Notes under the pieces: generated by a model
Database searches by the model: none
What the model was told of the DNA's origin: nothing
What the model saw: the letters and a program-made list of their open reading frames with translations, nothing else
Part shown: piece by piece, positions 1-9,571 of the stretch
Layout: every line of letters starts with the position of its first letter
Numbering within the stretch: the stretch's first letter is position 1
Position numbers and translations under genes: made by a program
Assembly: GCA_002172675.1 (NCBI GenBank)
Contig: NETF01000173.1
Coordinates: 65,447 to 97,446, forward strand
Reading direction: 5' to 3'
DNA length: 32,000 nucleotides
DNA from: an unicellular cyanobacterium SU3
Lineage (GTDB): Bacteria; Cyanobacteriota; Cyanobacteriia; Cyanobacteriales; Microcystaceae

Positions 1-1
1 T

Positions 2-457
2 AAACAACCTGTTGTTTTGCTGGATGAAGAAGAAAAAAGAAGTCACGATATTATTGTTGAATTTACCGTTATTGACTCAGATTATCCTAAACTAAAAGGG
101 GTGGTGCATAATTTAGGAATCTGTTATCCTCAGACCGATGATACCCTACAAGTGGAGTTTACAGGAGGAAAGTTAAGTCCACAACCGAATCAAGATTTAA
201 GTGAATGGAAACAAGTCTTTAATAAAAAAAAATCAGATAATAAGGGGTTAAAAGAATTATTTACCTCATTTATATTAAAAATAATGTTTGGGTTAGTTCC
301 CCCCAAAGCAATGAATGAACAAACTGGAGAGATTTCTTTTCAGATGAAGCGATCGCCAAAAGGAAAGCTAAAAATACTTTATTTAGATGACGAAATACGC
401 ATTACACTCGGAGAAAAAGGAACTATTTTAGTTTGTGAACGTTCAATGTATTGCTAA
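2..457 (+). CDS. PAP/fibrillin-family protein, 5'-partial (frame open to left window edge)
   Basis: No in-frame stop from base 2, and the track start at 17 is only a TTG. The C-terminus KLKILYLDDEIRITLGEKGTILVCERS fits the conserved fibrillin C-terminal motif (YLDxxLRIxRG..G..FV..R) as I recall it. Confidence 0.6.
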   Translation, partial: KQPVVLLDEEEKRSHDIIVEFTVIDSDYPKLKGVVHNLGICYPQTDDTLQVEFTGGKLSPQPNQDLSEWKQVFNKKKSDNKGLKELFTSFILKIMFGLVPPKAMNEQTGEISFQMKRSPKGKLKILYLDDEIRITLGEKGTILVCERSMYC

Positions 458-522
458 ATCAGAAACAGAAAATTTGTGTTAAGTTAGTCAGTGGATTGAC
501 TAAATCGGTGGTGTAAGGACTC

Positions 523-3500
523 ATGACTAATATCCCCCCCAACCCACCCCCAGAACCTTCTGAGGGGAGTACGCCTGTATTGCAAAAATTATATAATTTC
601 ATCAAGAAACCCTCGAGTTTGATCGCCGGTGGAGTGTTATTATCATTGGGGGTTGCAACCTATGGAGGAGTCAGTTATTTTGTTTATGAAAAGTTATCTC
701 CTTTATTGTCTCAACAGTTAAGCAAAGCATTAGAAAGAGAGGTGAGAGTTGGGGAGGTTGAAAGCTTTTCTCTTAATCATATTCGTATCGGACAAACTTC
801 CATTCCTACCACAGAAAATGATCCCGATCGGGTTGATCTTGATGGGTTAAAAGTTCAATTTAATCCCTTACCTTTATTAATTGGACAGCCTTTAGATATT
901 GATATTACTATCGATAATCCTGATTTATATGTTGAACAAAATCCGTCTGGAAAATGGCTAGGTTTTCAAGAACGTGAACAAATTGAAGATGTAGAATTAG
1001 ATTTACCTATTGATATTGATGCAGATATTGAGTTAAATAATGCTAATGTTGCTTTACTTCCTAATGGATTTCAAGAACTGGTAAAAGTGGACGCAGAGGG
1101 AACAGCTGGTTATACTTATCGCTCTAATGAAGATCAAGAAATTAGTTATAATTTAGATGTTTCAATATTAAACAGTGCCATTGCTATTAAAGGGCAAACT
1201 AATATAAAATCTTTTCAAACTCAGGCAGAATTGATGATTTCTCAATTAGCCTTACCTGAGTTAACAGCTTTAATTCCCAACTTACCTGTCACCTTAAAAA
1301 GTGGTTTAGTTGAGAGTAATTTAAACATTAATGTACCCTCATTGGAAGAAATTGAAGGAACAGAAGGAAACGGAAATTTTCAACTCTCTAATGTTCAAGC
1401 TGGTTTAGAAGCATTAAAAGTTCCCATTAAGCTTGATTTAGGACTAGATTTTAATAATAAAACCGTACAGTTTACCGAAACTAGCTTTAGTTTAGGGGAG
1501 TTTGTTACTGATATTAAAGGGTCACTAAATTGGCAAGACGGCTATAATATTGATGTTGATATTAATCCCTTTTTATTGAAAAATTTATCTAATATTGTCA
1601 AGTTCAAGTTACCTGTTAACTTAGCAGGGGAAATAGAAGGTAAAATAAACTTAGCAGGAGAAATCAAAAATCCCATTGTTACAGGGACGATTAACAATAG
1701 CAAACCTTTATTAATTGAGAAAACAAGAATTGAAGAATTAAAAACAGTTTTTCAGGCAAACTTAAATCAAATTAATCTCAAAGAATTTCAAGTAAAACCC
1801 ACTGCAGGTGGAAACATTGCAGCCACAGGAAAAGTCGAATTAGGTATTTTAAAAGCCTTAGAAGAAAATAAAGAAATTAACTGGCAAAAAATGCCCGTTG
1901 CCTTAGGATTTGAGGCAAATGTACCAGGAGATGAATTAGCTAAACCCTATTATCAATCCCCCCAAGATGTGAGTATAGGAACCTTGACAGCACAAGGTAA
2001 AATAGCAGGAACCCTAGGAGATCCAAAAGGAAAAATAGAATGGGCTGCCCCTGGTGCTATAGCTGTTTCAGGAGAAGACATATCAGGAAGAGGGTCGATT
2101 CTTTTAGGGGGAAAAGATATATTAATTCGGGATACCGTGTTAACCTCAAATGGAGGAAATATAACTATTAAAGGATTAGGAAATATAGAAGAAAAAGAAT
2201 GGCAAACTTTAATTACTGCTGATCGATTTTCCCTTGATCCCTTTGTCGAATTAGCTTGTTCTTTTACTACCTGTCCCTCGGAAGTATTAACCCAAACTAT
2301 TACTCTAAGAGATGGCAATATTAACGTAGCAGGAAAACTTGATGACTTTAGTCTAAATAGTCTTCAAAGCCAAGGTAACTTAAATCTACAAGTAGGACAA
2401 GGTGCGATCGCCCTTGAAACGGCTTTATCCCAAGGAAACATAGCAGCAACGGCCGCCGTCTCTAATTTACCCGTCGATCCCTACATTCCTAGCCTTACCG
2501 TCCCTGTCCAACTCAATAGAAGCAATTTCAATCTGTCTGGTTCTGTGAACAATCTTTTCCAAGAAGGACAATTAAATGTTAACCGTCTCAATGTCAATGG
2601 TAATGCACAGTTATTGGTTGATGGCAGTCCTATCAATGCAAATATAGAAGTCGCTAACGGTATTTTAACCACTGTAGCCGATGTAGGAACCATTAACCTT
2701 AACCCCATCATCCCCAATTTACCGGTACAATCTACATTAGTTAGTAGCGAGGTGCTTCTCACAGGAAACCTGAACTCTCTCCTGGCCTCTCTTGGAAATA
2801 CCCCAGATATTAGTAGTTTTCGAGGCCAAGCTGAAGCACTATTAACCGTAGAAGGGAGTCCCATCCAAGTGGTCGGCAACCTAGGCAGTGGTCAAGTTCG
2901 CGGTGTCGTCGACCTTTCTAGCCTATCTTTGGATAAGATTGTGCCAAACTTACCCGTCGATGTGCAATTAGTAGACGGACGGGCCGTGGTTTCGAGTAAT
3001 GTGCGTCCTCTACTTTCTGCTACACCGGATCTTAGCACGGCACAAGCTAGGGTTAACCTGCAACTAGCAACTGCCAGCGGAACCATTAACACCCTAACCC
3101 GTTTACAAAACAATCAATGGACCAGTCAAATCACTGCATCCAACCTCAATCCTAACCTGATTCTTACCCAAATCGCCCCACAAGTCCCCCAAACCGATAT
3201 TGATGACTTAAATGCTCAAATCTCTCTTTCAGGGAGTCTAGCGAGCCTTTTTGAAGAAAACGCCGTTTTACCCATTAACGCCAATAATATCACCGTTCAG
3301 GCCGACGGACAAAGCCTAAACGCCAGGGGTAATATTTTCGTCACCAACCCCCTCACTAACCCCGATGCTAGGGTCAACCTTGCCGTCCAAGCAACCTCTA
3401 ATCTTGGTGATTTACCCCTAACTCAACTCATTTCTGCCTTGCCGGTACGAGAGGACTTTCTACCTGAAGAATTACAACTTGAAGGGGTAGGCAACTTTGA

Positions 3501-6468
3501 CGGAACCCTAGTTGCAGAAAACTTAATTACTGCCCCCACAGCCCCCGGTAATATTACACTCAGAGGAGATGTAACGGTACGGAACCTTGTCTTTAACGAT
3601 CGCGCCTTTGAACCTCTGTTAACGGGTCAACTGAATGCCACCCTCGGCCAAACCATTGCCATCGACTTACGGGGGAACCAAGATGTCATCGCTGCCTCCT
3701 TACAACCCTGTACCCGTCAAGATTGTCCGGCCCCTTATCTCCCCGTGGCCTTTGAACTGCGACAAGAAGCCGGGGATCTCGATCCCATCGCTGTGATCGG
3801 TCGCTTAGAAGGGGATGAGTTAGTGGCCAGAATTGAACAATTTCCCCTTGATATCTTCAAAATTGCCCCAGGGGGAGACTTTGGTGTTCCTGGGTTTTTG
3901 TCCGGGGAAGTGCAAACCGAAATCGTCATCAACCCTTACACCTTAGAAGGAAGAGGAAGATTGGTCATTGATAGACCGAGTATTGGTTTTGTTGAAGCGA
4001 CCCAACTCACCGCCGATGTCATCTATCAAGATAATATTGCCAGATTACAAAACGCCACCCTCAAGTTAGGTCAAAGTTTATATGCTGTGCAAGGATCACT
4101 CAACTTAGAGTCGGGAGACTTGGATGGCCGTTTAAATATTGATGATGGTCGTTTGCAAGACCTTTTTATTGCCCTGAAACTCTCCAGTGTGGAACGGTTA
4201 CTAGACTTATTGCAGATTCAACCCATCGACTATAAAAACGCTGAGGCTATTCCTTCTCAGTCTGTGGGACAAGATGCGGAAACCATGGCCGAAAAAGTTA
4301 ACTTGTTAGCTGTTATTGAGCAAAGAATCAAAGAATTAGCCGATGAACGAGAAAGAGGAGGAGTCCCGACGGAATTGGATTTCCGAGGAACTTTTGACTT
4401 GAATGTTGCCTTAGGGGGTACCATTTATCGACCGGATCTCAGCATTGCCTTAAGGGGTCAAAACTGGGAATGGCATCCCCAAGAACCCTATCCCGATATC
4501 ATCGAACCCTTTGGGTTAGTGATTCGAGATGAGTCAGTGATTCCCATTAATGAGGTTGCTTTGCAGGCCGATTTAACTGATAATGTTTTAACCGTTGATA
4601 GGGCTGCCATTCAAATTGATAGAACTCGACTAGCATTAGATGGTAAGTTTTCCTTACAAGAAATTGCTGCTAATTGGCAAGTTAACTATTTATCCATCGC
4701 CACCATTAATAATTTTATTGAGGTTCCCGTGGATGCAACCGGGGCGTTAAACGCTTCCGGAACCATTAGTGGTAGTCCCTTTCAACCCCAACTCCAGGGA
4801 CAATTTGCCTTTGTCGATACCACCTTTCAAGGAAGACCTTTAGGGATCACCCTTGCCGGACAATTTAGTTATGAAGGTCAACGCTTTCAACTGGCCACCA
4901 CTGAAGATTCCATTGCGGCTACTTCGATTGATATTCCCTTCCCCACTTATCCCGATAATGATAACTTTGCCGTTAGCCTTAATTTAGATACAGAAGCCTT
5001 ACAATTAGTCAGTGTGTTGACCGGTGAACAGGTTTTCTTAACCGGTGGGGAAGGACAAATTAATGCCCAAGCAACAGGAGAATTAGACTTATCTCAAGGG
5101 TTATTAGTTTCTAACTTAAATGCAGGGGGAACGATTACCTTAAATGAAACCATTTTCCAAACTGCAGCCTTACCTCAACCGTTAACGGTCACTGGAACAG
5201 TTGTCCTCAATGATCAAGGGATTAACGTTGAACAAATACGAGGAAATTTTGCTGATAGTACCCTCAATATTGCTGGCGTTTTACCCTTATTTCAACAACA
5301 AACTAATATAGAAAATCCTCTAACTGTTGCCATAGAAAGAGGAGAAATTAACTTACAAGGGTTATACCAGGGGTTAGTTGATGGCAGAGTTGTTGTAAGA
5401 GGTTCTGCTATTCAACCAGTGGTAAGCGGAGACGTACAATTAGCCAATGGTCAAATATTTATTCCCACTGAATTACAAAGTCGAGAAGAAACCGTAGCAG
5501 AAATTAATCGATGGGTGGTTCCTAGAACACGAAGACAAACCGCTAGTAATCAACCAGTTCCTTTCATGCCAAGATTACAAAATTTTGAGGTTAGCTTAAA
5601 CAACTTATTTGTTGAAGTCTTACCTCTGTTTCGGTTTGATTTTGGCGGTGACGTTACTGTTAACGGTCCTGTTAACGATCTTACAGCCCTTGAACCCGAC
5701 GGAGTTATTAGGGTCAACCGAGGGTTAGTCAATTTCTTAGATACTCGCTTTTTTATCGAACGTCGCACAGAAAATCAAATAGTCTTTAGTCCAGACCAAG
5801 GATTATTAAATCCTACCCTCGACCTAGCCATGAGAACCATTGTTTCAGAGGTTCCTGATACTAGCAAAAACTTTCGTTCAGGAGAGACAACAGAAATTCC
5901 TGATGATAGTTTGAATAAAGTGCAACGAATTGATATTAGTTTGGGCATCGATGGACCTCTTTCTCAATTACTTCCTAACTTGGGACAAGAAGGTTATCAA
6001 GTGTGTCAAATTCAAGATCCCCTTAAACCGATTCAAACTAAAGCAGCTTTATCTCAAGAAGATTTAGACAAGGTAGGAACTTGTTTACAAACCTTAGCTA
6101 ATCAAGGAAGTGTCGATGAGCAACTCTTAGGTAATCCTGTGATTAACTTAAGCAGTAGTCCTCCAAGAAGTCAAGGGGAAATCGTTCGTTTACTCGGTGA
6201 ACAAGTTCTGGTTTTAGCAGAAGCATTGCAAGGAAAAAGTACAGAACAATTGATACAATTTGGGATTGTTCAATTAGCCTTACCGATGGTCTTTCAAACC
6301 CTCATTTATGATATAGAAACCTCTGTTAGTGAGACGATAGATAGTACAGATTTTCGTATTGTTCCTTTCTTAGAAGCTATCTATGAAGTCGAAGATCAAG
6401 GTTATGTTCGTGTTTCTTATGATTACGCTTTTAATGAGTTTCGGGTTAGGTACGAGAAGCGGTTTTGA
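523..6468 (+). CDS. TamB-like translocation/assembly module protein (DUF490 C-terminus; cyanobacterial counterpart of plant TIC236)
   Basis: 1981-aa ORF with a single N-terminal hydrophobic anchor (LIAGGVLLSLGVATYGGVSYFVY). It has a very long N/Q/G/L/V-rich beta-type body. The C-terminal end ...DFRIVPFLEAIYEVEDQGYVRVSYDYAFNEFRVRYEKRF finishes on an aromatic residue, as in DUF490/TamB. Confidence 0.85.
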   Translation: MTNIPPNPPPEPSEGSTPVLQKLYNFIKKPSSLIAGGVLLSLGVATYGGVSYFVYEKLSPLLSQQLSKALEREVRVGEVESFSLNHIRIGQTSIPTTENDPDRVDLDGLKVQFNPLPLLIGQPLDIDITIDNPDLYVEQNPSGKWLGFQEREQIEDVELDLPIDIDADIELNNANVALLPNGFQELVKVDAEGTAGYTYRSNEDQEISYNLDVSILNSAIAIKGQTNIKSFQTQAELMISQLALPELTALIPNLPVTLKSGLVESNLNINVPSLEEIEGTEGNGNFQLSNVQAGLEALKVPIKLDLGLDFNNKTVQFTETSFSLGEFVTDIKGSLNWQDGYNIDVDINPFLLKNLSNIVKFKLPVNLAGEIEGKINLAGEIKNPIVTGTINNSKPLLIEKTRIEELKTVFQANLNQINLKEFQVKPTAGGNIAATGKVELGILKALEENKEINWQKMPVALGFEANVPGDELAKPYYQSPQDVSIGTLTAQGKIAGTLGDPKGKIEWAAPGAIAVSGEDISGRGSILLGGKDILIRDTVLTSNGGNITIKGLGNIEEKEWQTLITADRFSLDPFVELACSFTTCPSEVLTQTITLRDGNINVAGKLDDFSLNSLQSQGNLNLQVGQGAIALETALSQGNIAATAAVSNLPVDPYIPSLTVPVQLNRSNFNLSGSVNNLFQEGQLNVNRLNVNGNAQLLVDGSPINANIEVANGILTTVADVGTINLNPIIPNLPVQSTLVSSEVLLTGNLNSLLASLGNTPDISSFRGQAEALLTVEGSPIQVVGNLGSGQVRGVVDLSSLSLDKIVPNLPVDVQLVDGRAVVSSNVRPLLSATPDLSTAQARVNLQLATASGTINTLTRLQNNQWTSQITASNLNPNLILTQIAPQVPQTDIDDLNAQISLSGSLASLFEENAVLPINANNITVQADGQSLNARGNIFVTNPLTNPDARVNLAVQATSNLGDLPLTQLISALPVREDFLPEELQLEGVGNFDGTLVAENLITAPTAPGNITLRGDVTVRNLVFNDRAFEPLLTGQLNATLGQTIAIDLRGNQDVIAASLQPCTRQDCPAPYLPVAFELRQEAGDLDPIAVIGRLEGDELVARIEQFPLDIFKIAPGGDFGVPGFLSGEVQTEIVINPYTLEGRGRLVIDRPSIGFVEATQLTADVIYQDNIARLQNATLKLGQSLYAVQGSLNLESGDLDGRLNIDDGRLQDLFIALKLSSVERLLDLLQIQPIDYKNAEAIPSQSVGQDAETMAEKVNLLAVIEQRIKELADERERGGVPTELDFRGTFDLNVALGGTIYRPDLSIALRGQNWEWHPQEPYPDIIEPFGLVIRDESVIPINEVALQADLTDNVLTVDRAAIQIDRTRLALDGKFSLQEIAANWQVNYLSIATINNFIEVPVDATGALNASGTISGSPFQPQLQGQFAFVDTTFQGRPLGITLAGQFSYEGQRFQLATTEDSIAATSIDIPFPTYPDNDNFAVSLNLDTEALQLVSVLTGEQVFLTGGEGQINAQATGELDLSQGLLVSNLNAGGTITLNETIFQTAALPQPLTVTGTVVLNDQGINVEQIRGNFADSTLNIAGVLPLFQQQTNIENPLTVAIERGEINLQGLYQGLVDGRVVVRGSAIQPVVSGDVQLANGQIFIPTELQSREETVAEINRWVVPRTRRQTASNQPVPFMPRLQNFEVSLNNLFVEVLPLFRFDFGGDVTVNGPVNDLTALEPDGVIRVNRGLVNFLDTRFFIERRTENQIVFSPDQGLLNPTLDLAMRTIVSEVPDTSKNFRSGETTEIPDDSLNKVQRIDISLGIDGPLSQLLPNLGQEGYQVCQIQDPLKPIQTKAALSQEDLDKVGTCLQTLANQGSVDEQLLGNPVINLSSSPPRSQGEIVRLLGEQVLVLAEALQGKSTEQLIQFGIVQLALPMVFQTLIYDIETSVSETIDSTDFRIVPFLEAIYEVEDQGYVRVSYDYAFNEFRVRYEKRF

Positions 6469-6501
6469 TGAGATATCCATCGCAAAAGACAAAAACAATC
6501 C

Positions 6502-6530
6502 TTGATTTTGCATATACAAAAATGTATATT
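6502..6530 (+). promoter_or_regulatory. Candidate sigma70-type promoter with overlapping operator palindrome for the brnT/brnA module
   Basis: TTGATT (6502-6507), a 17-nt spacer, then TATATT (6525-6530), ending 6 nt before the ATG at 6537. A perfect 7-bp inverted repeat, ATATACA (6512-6518) / TGTATAT (6523-6529), overlaps the spacer and -10. This is the usual layout of an autoregulated TA operator. Confidence 0.45.
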
Positions 6531-6536
6531 AAAAAT

Positions 6537-6707
6537 ATGGAATTCTAGTGGGATGAACAAAAGAATCAAACCAACATTATTAAGCATGGTATTTCGTTTC
6601 AAGAAGCAAAGGAGATATTCAACAACCCAAATCTACTAACTTACATCGATGATCGTTTTAGCTATCAAGAAACAAGAGAATTATTAATCGGTCAATATGT
6701 CAGATGA
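6537..6707 (+). pseudogene. brnT: BrnT-family (DUF497) toxin remnant: in-frame TAG at codon 4 and loss of the C-terminal half
   Basis: Translation is MEF*WDEQKNQTNIIKHGISFQEAKEIFNNPNLLTYIDDRFSYQETRELLIGQYVR*. It matches the BrnT N-terminal signature (FEWDxxKNxxNxxKHGxSFxEA). Codon 4 is TAG (6546-6548), and the frame ends after ~56 codons, inside the brnA start region. Intact BrnT proteins are ~90 aa. Confidence 0.6.
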
Positions 6708-6951
6708 GGACATCGACTATTCAGATATTCCTGAGCTTGATGAGGAATTTTTCAAGGGTGCAAAGTTGGTAAAACGAAAACCAGCAACAGAGTCAATATC
6801 AATACGAGTTGATACCGAGACTCTAGAGTGGTTTCGCAATACTGCTAAAAATAACCCCGAAATAAGAGGTTATCAAACTTTAATTAACGATGTCTTGCGA
6901 ACCTATGTAGCTCACCAAGTAAGTAAGGGTGAAACCTCACACGAATCATGA
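6697..6951 (+). CDS. brnA: BrnA-family antitoxin (DUF4415/BrnA_antitoxin-like)
   Basis: 84 aa. DIDYSDIPELDEEFFKGAKLV...ISIRVDTETLEWFRN...GYQTLINDVLRTYV matches the BrnA pattern (D.D.SDIPE.t.eff..a......k..vtlRlD.dvLeWfk..G.GYQTriN.vLR.Y). It lies immediately 3' of the brnT remnant. Confidence 0.7.
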   Translation: MSDEDIDYSDIPELDEEFFKGAKLVKRKPATESISIRVDTETLEWFRNTAKNNPEIRGYQTLINDVLRTYVAHQVSKGETSHES

Positions 6952-7036
6952 AACAGCGATCGCAGTGGATGATTTTCAAAAGAAACGGGGAATAGGAAAG
7001 AGATTTTCTCATCAACCCTGAACCCCGAACTCACTT

Positions 7037-7597
7037 TTAAGTACGAGAAAAAGAAAGTATCCAAGTTCCTACATAAACCCGTAAAGGAATTTGCCCTGAA
7101 GTTAAAACATCAGCAATAAAGTAATAGGTTCCAGAACTAGGATTTTTGACGTTAGACATGACAATTTCTGCTGAATTCCCGGCTTCTAAAGGTTCTTTTA
7201 AGTCAATTTCTATTACTCGACTTTCTTTATCCCAATAAACTTCTCTAAGAGGGAGGGATTCGCCGTCAACTCGCACTTCTACAGAGTTGGTGTTAAATTT
7301 CCCATCAAATTCGGGATCTTTGAGATAAGAGATAAAAAACTTACTGACTCCTTGGGTTAATTTCTTCTTGGAAATACGCAGTCTGATACGTTCCCCAAAA
7401 AATTTAGGTCGTCCATTAAAGTCCATTTTATAGTCTAGGATGTCGCTGCGTTCTTCAACCCCACTAAAAATAACTAATCCTGAATTACCATTGGCAAGAG
7501 ACAAAGTTTGCACACCAGCTAATAAGCATCCCGATAAGGCTAACGTTGCCATAAAGCGTTTAGATAATCCTGCCGCTAAGGTTTTGACTTTATTCAT
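7037..7597 (-). CDS. DUF2808 domain protein (cyanobacteria-restricted, signal peptide)
   Basis: I start it at the internal ATG (7595-7597): MNKVKTLAAGLSKRFMATLALSGCLLAGVQTLSLA looks like a signal peptide. The body ...FSGVEERSDILDYKMDFNGRP...RLRISKKKL...VEVRVDGESLPLREVYWDKESRVIEIDL...NVKNPSSGTYYF...VGTWILSFS matches DUF2808 proteins as I recall them. The 61 upstream codons in the track ORF run over repeat-type intergenic sequence. Confidence 0.7.
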   Translation of the reverse strand: MNKVKTLAAGLSKRFMATLALSGCLLAGVQTLSLANGNSGLVIFSGVEERSDILDYKMDFNGRPKFFGERIRLRISKKKLTQGVSKFFISYLKDPEFDGKFNTNSVEVRVDGESLPLREVYWDKESRVIEIDLKEPLEAGNSAEIVMSNVKNPSSGTYYFIADVLTSGQIPLRVYVGTWILSFSRT

Positions 7598-7679
7598 AAT
7601 TATCTCTGTTTTAGAATCACTCGTTTTTAAGATAGAGTAATCATAGTTCACTCCTGTTGTTAAGCATAACAAATGATTG

Positions 7680-7719
7680 CAGTGATCAGTTATCAGTAGT
7701 GAACAGTGACCAGTTATCA
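7680..7719. repeat. Two 16-nt direct repeats (CAGTGAYCAGTTATCA) 24 nt apart in the DUF2808 upstream region
   Basis: cagtgatcagttatca (7680-7695) and cagtgaccagttatca (7704-7719) match at 15/16. They are followed by a CT-rich tract, ctccccacacttcccatccttcc. Confidence 0.5.
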
Positions 7720-7796
7720 TATAAAAATCAAAACTCTCCCCACACTTCCCATCCTTCCTATACTCCCCATACTCATTCAACCGAAATATTTACCAC

Positions 7797-8816
7797 CTAT
7801 TGAAAGATAGTCTCATCCGTGGAGTTAACTCGGTGCATTCCAACTTCAGAAAAGCGTTGAAAGGCTGCGTCTGCTTTATCTGTAAAGTCTATAACATTAG
7901 GAACTACCACAGGAGAAGTACAATCTTCTAATAAATAAACTTTTTTGGCTAGGTTTGGATCTTTTTGGTTAATTTCTGTGAGTAAATCTTCAACTGTCCA
8001 AGCCACACAATGACTTTTTGCTTGACCGGCAATAATGATTTTATCAAAAGACAGTATTTTGTTGAGGAATTTAGTATTTTTTTGTGCTATTTTTTCTCCT
8101 CGATTATCTTCTAAGACTTCAGGACTAAAAACCGAGTAATTTTCGGTTAAGGGATTATCTCCTTTTAATTCAAATTGAGTTTGACTACTGCGAACCATAT
8201 TATGAAAGAATAACGCTTCTTCAACAGCAGAAACTAACGTATGACCGATTCCTCCTAATATGGAATGATAAGGCCAAATAGTTAGGGGATATTTACTATC
8301 TTCTGTCACTTTTTTAACGTAATGTAGGGCATAGTTTTCTAGTTTTTCAGCAGAAATGTGTAGATTATCGGCAACATTTTGATTAACTTTCCATCGTCCT
8401 TGTTTAACTTCATCGTAAGAAATCATCGTAATACCCGCTTCAGGATGATTCCCCTTTTCATCTACCCAAAAAATAGGATGAAAAATTTGCATGGCTGTAT
8501 GGGTGTCCATTGTGGTTGCAATAGTCGTTATTTGTCCCAAATTTTTATAAATAAATTCACATAAACGAATGTTATCTTCTACTGCACCATTACCCGATTT
8601 TCCTGCAACAAATAATTCAAAATCAGGCAGACAAAAAGTATTTTGTACATCAATTAATAATAAGATAATTTTAGTTTTATCTTCGGTTGACGATGCTATT
8701 TTATGCTTTTTTTTCCATTCTCTAGCTTCCTTAGTTCTTTGTAAATAGGGAACTCGCCAAAAATTATTAACTTTTTCAGCATCAAAAAAGGAGGGGATAG
8801 GTAATTGATTCATCAT
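7797..8816 (-). CDS. Isochorismatase/nicotinamidase-family cysteine hydrolase (long form, 339 aa)
   Basis: LLLIDVQNTFC supplies the Asp of the D-K-C triad. IIIAGQAKSHCVAWTVEDL supplies the Lys and nucleophile Cys motif typical of the isochorismatase-like fold. Confidence 0.7.
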   Translation of the reverse strand: MMNQLPIPSFFDAEKVNNFWRVPYLQRTKEAREWKKKHKIASSTEDKTKIILLLIDVQNTFCLPDFELFVAGKSGNGAVEDNIRLCEFIYKNLGQITTIATTMDTHTAMQIFHPIFWVDEKGNHPEAGITMISYDEVKQGRWKVNQNVADNLHISAEKLENYALHYVKKVTEDSKYPLTIWPYHSILGGIGHTLVSAVEEALFFHNMVRSSQTQFELKGDNPLTENYSVFSPEVLEDNRGEKIAQKNTKFLNKILSFDKIIIAGQAKSHCVAWTVEDLLTEINQKDPNLAKKVYLLEDCTSPVVVPNVIDFTDKADAAFQRFSEVGMHRVNSTDETIFQ

Positions 8817-9016
8817 TTCAAATGTTTAATTAATCTCTAATAATTTTTATGCTAACAGATTGATAGAGAAGATAAACTTGAATCATACCAATTCTCAATT
8901 CTCAAACTTAATGTGTCATTGTGAGGGGTAATATAAACAGTAAGCTTTGATGGTGGTTAAAAACGCCGCGAAGCAATCTATCATTAGTTTAAAATTATTA
9001 ATTGTAACCAAGTATC

Positions 9017-9571
9017 ATGACACGAAACACTTATCAATGGACAATTGAACACTATCATCAAGCGATCGCTGCTGGATGTTTTGAGGATCAAGAGGTAGAA
9101 TTATTAAAAGGAGAAATTATTGTCATGACACCCGAAAGAGAAAGTCATGCTTACTATAATTCAGAATGTGCTGATTATTTAAAAGATTTACTGAAAAATC
9201 GCGCTAAAATTCGAGATGCTAAACCGATAACTTTACCTAATAATTCTGAACCCTCTCCAGATATTGCTATTGTTAAACCCTTGGGAAAAGAATATTTACA
9301 ACATCATCCTTATCCCGATGATATTTACTGGTTAATTGAGTTTTCTAAAGCAACGTTACGAAAAGATTTAACGGAGAAAAAAGCAATTTATGCAGAAGCA
9401 GAAATCAAAGAATATTGGATAGTTGATTTAAACAATTATCAGTTAAACGTTTTTAAAAACTTAAAAGAGGGTAATTACACGACAGAATTAACCTTAACTG
9501 AGGGTAATATTAGTCCTTTAGCTTTTCCTGATATCGTTATTCCTGTACAAAAAATCATCAGTATTAATTAA
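9017..9571 (+). CDS. Uma2-family (DUF820) PD-(D/E)xK endonuclease-like protein
   Basis: EHYHQAIAAGCFEDQEVELLKGEIIVMTPERESH ... PDIAIV ... LIEFSKATLRKDLTEKKAIYAEAEIKEYWIVDL follows the canonical Uma2 motif order. Confidence 0.8.
   Translation: MTRNTYQWTIEHYHQAIAAGCFEDQEVELLKGEIIVMTPERESHAYYNSECADYLKDLLKNRAKIRDAKPITLPNNSEPSPDIAIVKPLGKEYLQHHPYPDDIYWLIEFSKATLRKDLTEKKAIYAEAEIKEYWIVDLNNYQLNVFKNLKEGNYTTELTLTEGNISPLAFPDIVIPVQKIISIN

Noticed and set aside
1953-5768. Minus-strand ORFs inside the TamB gene (1953-2318, 2481-2879, 2892-3113, 3735-3932, 5550-5768)
   Set aside because: They are antisense to a 1981-aa ORF with clear family features. They fall in its G+C-rich centre, where stop codons are rare. 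The translations are R/S/P/T-rich and low in complexity, with no motifs.
7598-7780. 61-codon N-terminal extension of the DUF2808 ORF (track start 7780)
   Set aside because: The extension reads through repeat-type intergenic DNA (CAGTGAYCAGTTATCA repeats and a CT-rich tract). The internal Met gives a proper signal peptide, MNKVKTLAAGL...LSLA.
7440-8564. Plus-strand ORFs 7440-7640 and 8379-8564
   Set aside because: They are antisense shadows of the DUF2808 and isochorismatase-like genes, and I see no recognisable motifs.
8886-8905. ccaATTCTCAATTCTCAaac in the isochorismatase/Uma2 divergent region, superficially like the ATTCTCA half of the Fur-like box
   Set aside because: It is only a tandem half-site, without the TGATAAT-like partner. 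It is too short to distinguish from AT-rich background.
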